A DNA stretch of 63,227 nt, filler included, from Choristocarpus tenellus KU-1152 (Eukaryota > Protista > Phaeophyceae): the NCBI GenBank assembly GCA_964200185.2. It is 13 parts of 13 records of this genome, joined end to end, with 100 filler letters (N's around TTAATTAATTAA, not from the genome) between each part and the next. Parts side by side here need not be neighbours in the genome. Positions count along the whole stretch, not along the records: positions 50,092 to 57,178 come from CAXNAD020006727.1; positions 57,279 to 60,219 come from CAXNAD020023495.1; positions 60,320 to 63,227 come from CAXNAD020023738.1; 10 more parts are not named here. The stretch is one strand, 5' to 3'. Made by a program: the position numbers and the translations under genes. How positions within the stretch are numbered: position 1 is the stretch's first letter; the number at the start of each line of letters is the position of its first letter. Under the pieces are notes generated by a model. The model was not told the DNA's origin. It worked only from the letters and a program-made list of their open reading frames with translations, and ran no database searches. Shown one piece after another: positions 53,101 through 63,227 of the stretch.

Positions 53101-53970
53101 TTACACATCCTTTTCCCTTCCACAAATCATAGCCCTGCTTAGGTCAGGCACTAACTTTTTCCATAGCTCATCGAACAGATGGTCCATAATTTGCTCCTTC
53201 AGCTCTTGCTGGGGAGTGGTGAGACCAGAACATTGCCCATGCCTACTTCCATCCGTGGATTTCTCTGTCCATCTCTGTATCGCTGGCGGCGTATAGTCGT
53301 ATGCGATGTATTCCTCAAGGATTCCGTGGCTCTCTATGATTTCTTCGGTCCGTGGGTTCTCCGGGTAAGGCATTGACTGCCTTCTATCTGGCCTCATCTC
53401 GCGCCCGATCACCACTGGATCGCCAGCTTCTACATCGGGGAAATTGGTCTCCTTTGTAATGAGGTCACACACCCCCAATCCCCCCTCAAGGTTTGGCCGT
53501 GCCTCAGCCCTCTGAACAGCCCCTTCATCGTCGCCTAGCCTTCGCTGGAAGCTTGTTGCAGGCACAACGGACAAGTACGTGAAATGGCGCGCCCATGTGT
53601 CAACATCCGCCTCCTCCCGTGCAAAGGGGTCACCTGGAATGAATCGTGAGCGTAGAGAACTAGGTTTCGAGTCCAACGCATCGCGCTCTTTGACAGATGC
53701 AACGATTGATTCTGCACGGCAGAGGAGGTCTCCATTCTCCAACAGTGCATCCCTTGTCTTAATGGAGGCATTCCTCTCGAAATCGCGCATCCCACCTCCC
53801 CACTCTCCATCATTGCTACTGCTGTCCCAACCGTCGCCCTTCCCTCCTGCTCCTCCATCCTCATCTTGCATTTCCCCTTCTCCACTGCCATCATCATCCC
53901 AAAGACTAACTGTGGGGGTTGCCTCGACAGCGTTACGGAGGTCATATTCATCATCCATCCTGTCTACAAT
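53101..53970 (-). CDS. FAM149/DUF3719-like protein (large exon)
   Basis: 285-aa ORF with W-ARHFTYLSV, EEIIESHGILEEYIAYD and PQQELKEQIMDHLFDELW blocks, resembling conserved FAM149 segments. TTTAG acceptor at 53971-53975. Confidence 0.65.
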   Translation of the reverse strand: MVDRMDDEYDLRNAVEATPTVSLWDDDGSGEGEMQDEDGGAGGKGDGWDSSSNDGEWGGGMRDFERNASIKTRDALLENGDLLCRAESIVASVKERDALDSKPSSLRSRFIPGDPFAREEADVDTWARHFTYLSVVPATSFQRRLGDDEGAVQRAEARPNLEGGLGVCDLITKETNFPDVEAGDPVVIGREMRPDRRQSMPYPENPRTEEIIESHGILEEYIAYDYTPPAIQRWTEKSTDGSRHGQCSGLTTPQQELKEQIMDHLFDELWKKLVPDLSRAMICGREKDV

Positions 53971-55834
53971 CTAAAATGTATCTATTCCAATGTGATCAAA
54001 TCAAAGGAGTTGTAAAGAATAGATAGTCTCGCCTTCGAATAATATATTTTATTACTTTAACCGCAACAGGTTCGCATATACCACTCCTTTCGCTTGGTTC
54101 CCATGCGCCTGACATTGCAATCAAGATGTTGGTTACAATAAAAAATCAATGAACAAATATGTGGAAACCAAAGATGCCAAGTGTCACCTAACACATCCCC
54201 CCCCCCCCCCATGTCATAGAGGAACGACTTTCTAAACATGTGGAAACCTCCAACAAAAACACCAACACATCAACACCAACAACACGAAGAAGAGGTAACC
54301 GTATTAAAGCTGCCATAATAAGTGAAACCTCCGACTCACAAAGCAGTAATCAGTGCGTCCAGGTCACAGCAGGACATATCACTATCTGACATCATCTATC
54401 TACATGTAACGGGGTACATCAACCAAAAAGCCAGATCGACCTGTGTGAGAACCACATTCATACCATGGACATCATCGCACTGGTCAGTCAGGCAAGACCT
54501 GCCACCATGCACAAGGGAGCATTATTATGCTTGTTTTGTTGTCTCTCCTTCTCATGATATGTAAGTATTCTACTCACTATTTATTATAATTGTTTGTAGT
54601 GCTATAATATTTCATACAATATGATGCAGTACTATTTCATAGTACTATTTTGTTAACACAATTCACAACACTGATCTTTAGTGAATAGGCATAACAATCA
54701 GTCCCAGAAGCTAATTTTCTACTACCCTAAGGAGATCATTGTAGCACGTGAATGTGATAGATTGTCACCTTCGAAAAAAAATCTCAAGATCAATTTTTTG
54801 GAGGTGTCAATTGCAATGGTGACGATGAGTACACTCACTAGAAAAAAAGTTCCCTACTGAAGGGGTAAGGTCGTATTGCAGACATATAAATTACAGATGT
54901 CAATACATCCTAGTGAATCGTGTTCACCTATCTCATTTTATCAACTACAGTATGGAACTACGCCTCTCTCGTTTGACCCAAGTTAGGGTTGTGTTTTGAC
55001 AGAGTTGCTGGATTTAACATGTCCAACAGGGTCTACTACTACTCCTGAGGGACCCAATGATGATCATCCCCCAATCCATTTTGCCTTACTGAAGGATATT
55101 ATTTTAGCAAGTGTACACATTGGCCTAATTTACAGAGATTTTCACCGCCCTAACCAATACGCACTGTCCCATCCATGGAATGGACCAGTCCCACAATAAT
55201 CAGACATGTTGTGATCCAGGGCATTGTACTGGACCATGCTCAGCAGCCGGACTGGGTATAACATTTTCTAACACCTCCAGACCATGTCCACTAGGTGTTG
55301 TACAGGTCCATGTCCGCCAACCTGACCAGGTTTAGTATTCTTTCCGTTATGTCCGGACCCAGCTGAATTGGTGTTGAACTGGTCCGCATCCCCTGGCTGA
55401 ACTGGGTGTAAACACAATCTAAGACCATGTCCACGAGGGAACATATCAGCCCATGTCCGCCAGCTGACTCCAATTTTTGACGTGTACAGACCATTTCCAC
55501 TTTGTTTTGTATTAGTCCAGACAGGTCTACTGCCAGACTGTGGTTTGACTCAAATAGACCCGTCCACTTCGTTATCATGTGGAGTTATTAGATTTGTGCA
55601 ACATTGATATGTAGGAAAAACACAAAATAAATGCAATGGATGGAAATCGTACTAAATCGAGAATGAAATGTGGAAAATATGATGGTCTGCGCAATCATCT
55701 GGCACTACAAACATGTAATATAGTTTGGTCAACCATCGGGTGATCAGTGGGCAACCATGGATGTACAGACCGGCCTTAACCAGAATAAATTGTATGCGGA
55801 GAATGACTGGTGTTTCAGTACAACCTTTCATGAT

Positions 55835-56205
55835 TCTTGGGATACTTTCCTGGCTCCTCACCCTGGGGTGCAGGACTAAGCTAGGTTGGAGACACAAGAG
55901 GGCAGTGATGTAACATAGCTGGTAGTAAAAAGGTAAATGATAGAAAAATATCTTTCACATTTTCGACAACTGTTACTTTTTTAGGGGTTCTGAAATTTGA
56001 ATTGGTGTTCATTGTTTTTCCCCTGACGCATCTGGAAAATATCAGAGGAAAGTTCATGATCGTACCATACCAATTTTGTCGGTACACCTTTTTGTACGAA
56101 TGCAGTGGAAACTGTTACTTTTTCAGGGGTTGTTCTGACATTTGAATGATTTTTCGTTGGTTTTTCCCGTAACACATCTGGAAAAAGTCAGAGGGCATAA
56201 AAATA
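55835..56205 (+). repeat. Family R, copy 3, with internal ~141-bp duplication of its 3' module
   Basis: CCCTGGGGTGCAGGACTAAGCTAGGTTGGAG at 55861. ACTGTTACTTTTT...TTTTCCC(C/G)T(G/A)AC(G/A)CATCTGGAAAA occurs twice (from ~55969 and ~56111). Confidence 0.78.
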
Positions 56206-57645
56206 ATAAATCCAAAACAGAGAAAAAAATCCATGCAAACTAAAGTTGTGCGTTTGTCGTTTAAGTCCCAAACTATTGTCGGTACATATAATCCAGGGTG
56301 TATCATGATAAAAACGAAAAGAAAGCGGGGCAATTCGCCCTCCAAACATGCGTGCCGTTCCTAACTTGCCATGAAACATACGGTGCATGTCACCTGCTCC
56401 TTACATTTCAATATCTTAACTCTACTGTCACCTAGAGATGGTGCAGGATGCGGGTGATAACTTTGCATGCCATTTGAAAAATAGTGATATCAAGTTTTTC
56501 CTCACGAGGAAAGATATACATACAGTTGATGAATTTCAATGGTGCTGGAAATCTTAAAAGGTGGGAAAATGTAATCTTGGATCTTTGTGCAGTAGCGATT
56601 TGGTTTGCTGACACAGCAAGTCGGAGGATGTCTTGGGCTCTGTTCCCCTTTTGGTGTGAGTAATCTTTTCTAGTTTCATCTATTCAGTTGGCCTGTTTCT
56701 AATTTAGTTGGTCTACTTCGGTTGCCATATGTGTCTGCATTGTGTAGTGAGTGTGATGGGTTGGACGGATATGTGGTCACTATTTACTGGGTGTTTATAT
56801 CAAGTGCATTAAATTTGGGAAGGGGTGAGTTAGGGGGAGGCAGAATGTCTTGTTTATTGAGCTGTTTAGTTATTTAACTCCTTCCGTTAATATTGAATAA
56901 CCAACCTATTGATTGCCTGCTGGTTCTATTTTGTGCTTTCTATTTGTTTGATGGGTGTCTTAAACTTGTTTTGAAACAGTCCTTCTTTTGCATGGAAGGA
57001 GAAAAAATGGTGAGTAACTTTGACCACAATCACATTCTCCTTTGGGCGGACGAATGGAATAGACCCAATGATGTGTCTCATACTGCTCGGATGGACAAAG
57101 AAGTAGGACATTAGGTCCAATTTTGCCGTGGACCAGAAAATTTGTTGGTCTATGACCCAAAGTATCTGGGAGGGGGGGNNNNNNNNNNNNNNNNNNNNNN
57201 NNNNNNNNNNNNNNNNNNNNNNTTAATTAATTAANNNNNNNNNNNNNNNNNNNNNNNNNNNNNNNNNNNNNNNNNNNNGAACGAGAGAACGGGACGGAGA
57301 GAGGAGCCGGGCGGAGGGGAGGGGGGGGGGGGGGGGGGGGGGAGGGAAGGGGGGGGGGCATCATCCCGCACCCACAAAAAGGAAGAGCAGCGATAGAGAG
57401 GGCCCATTGCAGGCCTTGGACAGAGAGGCGTGTCCAAATAACAGCAGAAATAAAATAGGGCACAGATCAAACCACCATACATACCCACAACAAAGGCTGG
57501 CCAGGGTCTCAACAACAGACCGGTCACTGAAACAAAAACGGAAAACATCACAGATGTGGAGAAAAAAAAAAACTTTGGCATCGAGTCACAAAGGCTCAAA
57601 CCAGCACACACTCTTATCCATTGACACCGCCTCTTTGTTGTAAGT

Positions 57646-57916
57646 GAGTGAAAGCATCTTAGAGGGTACGAGTCTTGCCCTGTTTGTCTGTTTTGGGCTT
57701 GGCTTCCCATGGAAGTTTTTTTTGTGTGACATTTTACCTACTCCGAATTTTTTTTTCAGAGTAGGTAAAATGTATTCGTTATGAAAAGGTATGTCCAGAA
57801 CAAGGGTATTGACACTCTCCCACCAAACAAGATAGTCAAAATTACATCCAAATCACAACATTGGATCTTGACCCCCAAATGTACACGGCTCTATACCCTC
57901 TAAGATACTTTGACAC
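57646..57916 (+). mobile_element. MITE family M1, copy 3
   Basis: GAGTGAAAGCATCTTAGAGGGTA...TACCCTCTAAGATACTTTGACAC. Confidence 0.9.
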
Positions 57917-58267
57917 AACCTCCGAGCAAACAGGATGCCAAAATGAACTAACTCCTAACCACAACAGCAGCAACATCAGAGTACAAAAACGCAATGGTCC
58001 TCAGGTCATCCACAAAAAATATATATACACATACACATACACATACCCATAAACATACACATAAACATACCAAGAACGCCTCTAGGTGTGCGTAATCTGT
58101 GGTACGGGCAAGGACATCAAATTATACCCTTTTTCGACACTCCAGACTACACTCCATGAGACCCTTCTTATCCACAGGGACGGAGGACTTCCCCTAAACG
58201 TTTGGTGAGGCTTGTGCTGTGGGGAGAAATTGTTGTGCACAACTACCAAAAAATATATATATATTAC

Positions 58268-59179
58268 CTGAAACATCATGATCTCCACCAGGGTGATTGC
58301 CACGCTGGCATATTTTCTCGCGGCCCAGAGTCCCTTTACGAACATGTCTACAAGGGATTCATAAGCCTCCGAGCCATGGCCCCCAAGGATGTCCATGTAA
58401 TCCTTGGTTAGTTTGAAGGGGGCCCGCTCAAACGAAAACTGCAGATGGACACACATACACACACATACAGACAGACAGGCACAAAGACAAAAAATGTATA
58501 CATGAATGAAATCTCAACTTACAAAAAGAATAAGCAAATATATTTGTTATTTTTTAAACGAACTGATACAATTAAAGGCATATCGGAAGATCACCAAAAA
58601 CAATCATACCCCCACAACACCCCCCACCACCCCCCACACACACAACACACCCACCCAAGCACCCACNNNNNNNNNNACAAAAATAAAAAACAGAACAGAA
58701 AAAAACAAAAAAACAACAAACCCCCCCCCCCCTCCCCCTCCACTGAACAAAAAATACAAAACAAAAAAGTCCCAATAATAATAATAATAATAAACAAGCT
58801 ACAGTGTACGAAATACAAAATACAAACACGTGTTTGATTGGCACCAGCAGCATGAGTAGGCAGTTTCGCTACAAAAAAAAATGTAATGCAAAGAAGTAAC
58901 ACTAAATACCACTAAATTTATTCAATACCAATCCCACAGTGTGCAGCAAAAAACAATTGAACAATGCTATTACATGATAAAACCCCTCCAACTGCAACGA
59001 GCCTCCCCCGCCCCCCGCCCCTACTCCCCCTCCCCCCAAGGCATATGCGTACCTGGTTTCCTGGCGCCTTCCCCATGACAAAGCCAAAATCAATGTGAAT
59101 GATCCTTCCCATGGAATCCATCATCACGTTCCCATTGTGGCGGTCCTTGATCCTTAACAGGTAAGCCACCACAGAGTCC
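58268..59179 (-). CDS. PI4K: Type III phosphatidylinositol 4-kinase, catalytic-domain exons
   Basis: Exon 59179-59053 ([28 protein letters not shown]) splices in phase to 58438-58268 ([18 protein letters not shown]). Confidence 0.92.
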
Positions 59180-59292
59180 CTACAATTCCCCATCAATACA
59201 AGTGGAGATTGTGAGGTTGGTAAGGGCGGAGGGAGGGTCACTAACCATGCACTGGCAGGGGGAGGCACACACCATGAATATAGTGTTTATAA

Positions 59293-59325
<33 letters not shown>

Positions 59326-59966
59326 GGAGATGGCGAGGGGAGGGGGGGCGGGGGGGGGGGGGGGTTGAGAGAGGATACAACAAGATGAATTGTATTGATC
59401 CCAAATCTCAGAAAGAGAGAGATGATGACAAACAATACCTGGTACGTATTATTTATATATTTTTTGAACTGTTACTATTATACACAGAATATATTTTTAT
59501 TTTTATTAAACTATTACTATTATACATAGAATATACATATATTTTAGGGATGTTTAACAAGGGATGCATCATCCTTCACCATTCTCAAGCTCTAAAAACT
59601 AGAATGAAATATATATAGTAGGCCATAGGTATTTTAATAGTGCACTATTGCATACTGAATAGAACATAAACAAAGCTGAAGACAAATATTGAGGTCAGCC
59701 CAGCTCAACTCCAGAGCACAAAATATTCATGCACAGAAGAGCATAACATCCTAACATCTGAACAAGCAGGACGGAGGACATTTACCCACTGACTTCATCT
59801 CAATTACTTCATCAAAGTGCCAAATCCACAAATGGGGCAAGGGGGGGGGGAGAAGGACAGGGTGCACTGGTGGGGACAAAGGAAAACAGTATGAAGTTGC
59901 AGGGATGCCTACAATGATGTTTGCAAAAAATAAAAATGAACTCACAAGAAAGGAAAAAAAGACCTT

Positions 59967-59993
59967 ACCCTGACCCTGACCCTAACCCTAACC
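59967..59993. repeat. Short interstitial telomere-like repeat (CCCTGA/CCCTAA)
   Basis: ACCCTGACCCTGACCCTAACCCTAACC. Confidence 0.7.
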
Positions 59994-60549
59994 ATTGAAA
60001 AAAAAAAGTGAAATGGAACAAACATCAGAACAATTCACATCGATTTATTTTCAAAAACACATCATATAAACAGTTGTAATTTCCACATATATAGACTACT
60101 AAGGTTGAATCCTATCATCTTGCCAAGATGTATGACTAATCTTATGTTTGACTAAAGTCTTTTCCACCACACCAACACCAATAGAAGCAGTACCTCAAAC
60201 AATCATGTACACTCCCTACNNNNNNNNNNNNNNNNNNNNNNNNNNNNNNNNNNNNNNNNNNNNTTAATTAATTAANNNNNNNNNNNNNNNNNNNNNNNNN
60301 NNNNNNNNNNNNNNNNNNNGTTTCCCCCTGACACATCTGCAAAATGTCAGAGGGCATAATAATAATATACATACAATGTTCGTTCGATTGTGTTATCGAT
60401 ATAGAGAAGGAAGCGATATAAGCAGTGAGGGGGTAGTGGTCCTGAGATAGGGAGGAAAACGAAGAGAATTGAAGATTTTGAAGAGAGGACGAAGGACCGT
60501 CACAACCCTTTACATCATCTACTGTGAGGCGCCAGAAACCCCGGAGTGC

Positions 60550-63160
60550 GGAGACCTGAATGTGGCAAGTTGGAATGTTCAAACCACTACTGCTGTAAAT
60601 GGCGAAAAAGGAGTGTGTCATGTGCCAGTAGTCTTGTTGCAACGAGGTTGGGCCTGTGGATGCGATGATATCGGACTCCAAGAGACAGGAAGAACTGAGA
60701 CCTCTTGCCTTTACCTGTCGGGCCCTAAGTACAGAGTGTTCATAAGAAGACCAAAAGTGTAAATTTGGAGTGGGTTTGGCAGTGAGGGGATGAATCCCAC
60801 AACAGGTGGACCATGAAGTAGAGTACCATAATGAAGGGTTTTGAAGGTCCGGGCGCTAATGGCAGGAACTTCCGCTGGGGTTAATTTTGTTGTAAGATAT
60901 GCCCTAACAGAAGAGTTCTTAAAGATAGTCAAGGATGCTTTCTGGGAGAAGTTCCGCACTATATACTATGGTACAGCAGACTCCTCTAAGGATAATCTCT
61001 TTATCCTGATGGACGCGAACGCTCGCAGTAGAAAGAGGTATGGCCAAGGTGGAGATCACGACAGCAGGATTCTTGGAACATATGAATGAGATGTGTTGAA
61101 TGACAATGTTGAAAACCTGTTACTATTTTCAGCCTTGAACAGACTTGCACTTGTCAACACATTTTCAGTGTACCCAAAGAAGGGGAAAGAGTTTCATACA
61201 TACTCGAGTCATCTAGGGGAAACGGGATACCTTAATCTTGATCAAGTCCTTACACGTCAGGCTGATCCCCATCTCGTTTGGAAGGTGAGGGTATAATCGA
61301 TTTTGCCAAATAAATCGGATCACCGTATCGGTATCGGTATTGTTGTTTCTCCTCAATCGTTTCGCTCCTTGTCGAAAGATGTGAAAGGGTGACAAGGAAC
61401 GCATAATAGTCAATCGACAAGCACTGATGTCTACACTACCACTTGAGGTCTGAGGTAGCGAATATAGCTGCTGCAAAATCCTCACAGCAGAAGAGGAAGG
61501 ATCACCCCAAAGATACAACTAATGCACCTACCAATGTCAACAACATGGCATCTTCATGCCAACAGCTCAATCAGGTGAGGGTATCTACCTTGCAGGAATT
61601 TCTTGACACCTACACAAGGAAGATCAAATACCTTAATCAATGAAGAACTTCGGGCAGTGGGGAATGGGGGAAGGCTATGTGTCCAGACAATCTTCCAATT
61701 GAGCTCCTAAAGCTTGTCCTACTGGACATGTGGCTATCCTCCAGGTCTTCCATAAAATTGTGTTAGCTATGTGGAACCAGGAAGTTGTTCTATCGGTATG
61801 GAAAAGATGCAGTCATCATCGTGCCCTACAAGAAGAAAGATTGCACTGAGCGTGCAATCACAGGGGCATCTCATTGGTGGCACAAGCTGGCAAAGTCCTC
61901 CTCAAAGCTGTTGCACTTCGATTGGGGGATTACCTTGAACGGGAGAACATCCTTCGTGAGGAACAGTGAGGTTTCTAGCCCCGACACTCCACCTCGGACA
62001 TGGTGTAGACTGTATGCAGCCTCCAAGACTTTGTCCAGGAAAAGCATGTATTCCCATCCCCTCTTCATGTATTTTATTGATCTATATAAAGCATCATCTG
62101 ATTCAAATAAGAGTGAAAGTATCTTAGAGGGTACGAGATTTGCCCTGTTTGTCCATTTGGGGCTTGGCTTCCTATGTTTTTTTTATGACATTTTCCTACT
62201 CCAAAATATTTTGAGTAGGTAAAATGCACATGTTATGAAAAGGTGTGTCCGGAACAAGAATATTAGCACTTCCTAATAAACACGATAGCCAAAACTACAT
62301 CATAATCGCAACATTGGATTTTGGCCCCCAAATGGACGCTGATCTACCCTCTAAGATACTTTGGCTCATAATCTTGATCCCATGTGGATTCTGCTTGTCA
62401 AATTTGGCATAGCTCTGAAAATGATATATGTTATCCGTCCATTCCACAATGATATGAGGATATGTGTTCGTATGGCAAGTGCACAGATTGGTTTGGGGTT
62501 GGACAGGGATGTGTTCTTGCTCCGATCTTCTTCAAGATATTATTCACTCTGTAGCACTATGTGTGGCAGCTAAGGAGTTCACCTCTGACCCACTCATCTC
62601 CAAGGACCTTGTTTTCATCAAGAGAGCGGCCCTAACAACCAGATCAGAGTAGGAAGAACACCAGGGAGTGGGATACCAATTCAGCGGCTTTTGTGGGGTG
62701 TGTATATGCTGATGATGCAGGTATTGTCTCCAAGACCTAAGAAGGTGTTTGGGCGGGATGGTAACTTGATGGTGGCCAGATCATTCCGTCTGATTGTATC
62801 AGCATTAAGGACGGACACTATGTATCTTTGACCTCCTAATCAGGATGCCCAAACCATCCACATCCAAACACTGGATCACATCTAGAAGCAGACTGGTAAG
62901 ATTGTTTGCCTTGGGGGAATCATCAGTGATGATGTCGTTATTACTGCTGAGATCAGCAGTAGGATTCAGAAAGGATGGAGTTGTTTTCGCAAGTGCATTC
63001 AAGTGCTTCATGATAGAACCACAAGTGTCTCAGCTTAGGCTAAGACTCGAATGCTCAAAGTTGGAGTACTTGGAGTTCTGTGATATGGTTATGTGATGGC
63101 ACGGACACTCCGACAGGCTGATTATCTGAAGTTCCATTCCCATCATTGCAAATTCCTCCT
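60550..63160 (+). mobile_element. Degenerate non-LTR retrotransposon (RTE-like LINE; APE endonuclease + reverse transcriptase), many stops and frameshifts
   Basis: APE motifs VASWNV, IGLQET, MDANAR, LVNTF and SDH. RT motifs MYFIDLYKA, LVKFGI...IRPFHNDM, YADDAGIV (~62704) and LGGII. Confidence 0.9.
62111..62367 (+). mobile_element. MITE family M1, copy 4, inserted in the LINE RT with a 4-bp ATAA target-site duplication
   Basis: ATAA|GAGTGAAAGTATCTTAGAGGGTA...TACCCTCTAAGATACTTTGGCTC|ATAA. Confidence 0.93.
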
Positions 63161-63227
63161 GAGTCAAAGTATCTTAGAGGGTAGAGTCGCGTCCATTTCG
63201 TGACCAAAATCCAATGTTGCGATTTTG
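63161..63227 (-). mobile_element. MITE family M1, copy 5 (truncated by window end)
   Basis: GAGTCAAAGTATCTTAGAGGGTAGAGTCGCGTCCATTT...CAAAATCCAATGTTGCGATTTTG is the reverse complement of the M1 right end. Confidence 0.88.

Noticed and set aside
59967-59993. True chromosome end
   Set aside because: Only about four degenerate telomere-like units, internal to the contig.
4260-60275. Regularly recurring TTAATTAATTAA as a biological repeat or CRISPR-like array
   Set aside because: It always sits in an identical N-padding, which marks it as a synthetic spacer.

Overview
Eukaryotic, intron-rich genomic DNA. It is most consistent with a stramenopile, probably a brown alga (inference from gene content, GT-AG/GC-AG introns, RTE-type LINE remains and TTAGGG-like repeats). 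The window is not one locus. It is 13 short contigs joined by 12 identical 100-bp artificial linkers (44 N + TTAATTAATTAA + 44 N), so neighbourhoods across linkers mean nothing. Spliced gene models I could reconstruct by eye, mostly partial: RFC3, a low-complexity polyQ/polyS protein, a PLOD-like Fe(II)/2OG dioxygenase head-to-head with an ApaG-domain protein, a type II pantothenate kinase, DNAAF5/HEATR2, a PX-domain protein head-to-head with an unknown gene, a sacsin-like C-terminal RING protein, proteasome alpha-3 (PSMA4), a FAM149-like protein and a PI 4-kinase. The mobile DNA is the most interesting part. It includes an intron-rich, decaying DUF7869/Sola-like DDD transposase gene; a ~257-bp MITE family (5 copies, GAG...CTC-type ends, conserved internal hairpin) and a shorter poly-G sister family sharing its terminal core; a 367-bp TA-flanked foldback element; a degenerate RTE-like LINE interrupted by MITEs; and a ~220-bp hairpin-ended dispersed repeat that recurs in gene 5' flanks. 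I found no CRISPR array, rRNA or tRNA. No new system is demonstrated. The best candidates are the spliced transposase with its possible MITE partners and the promoter-associated repeat.
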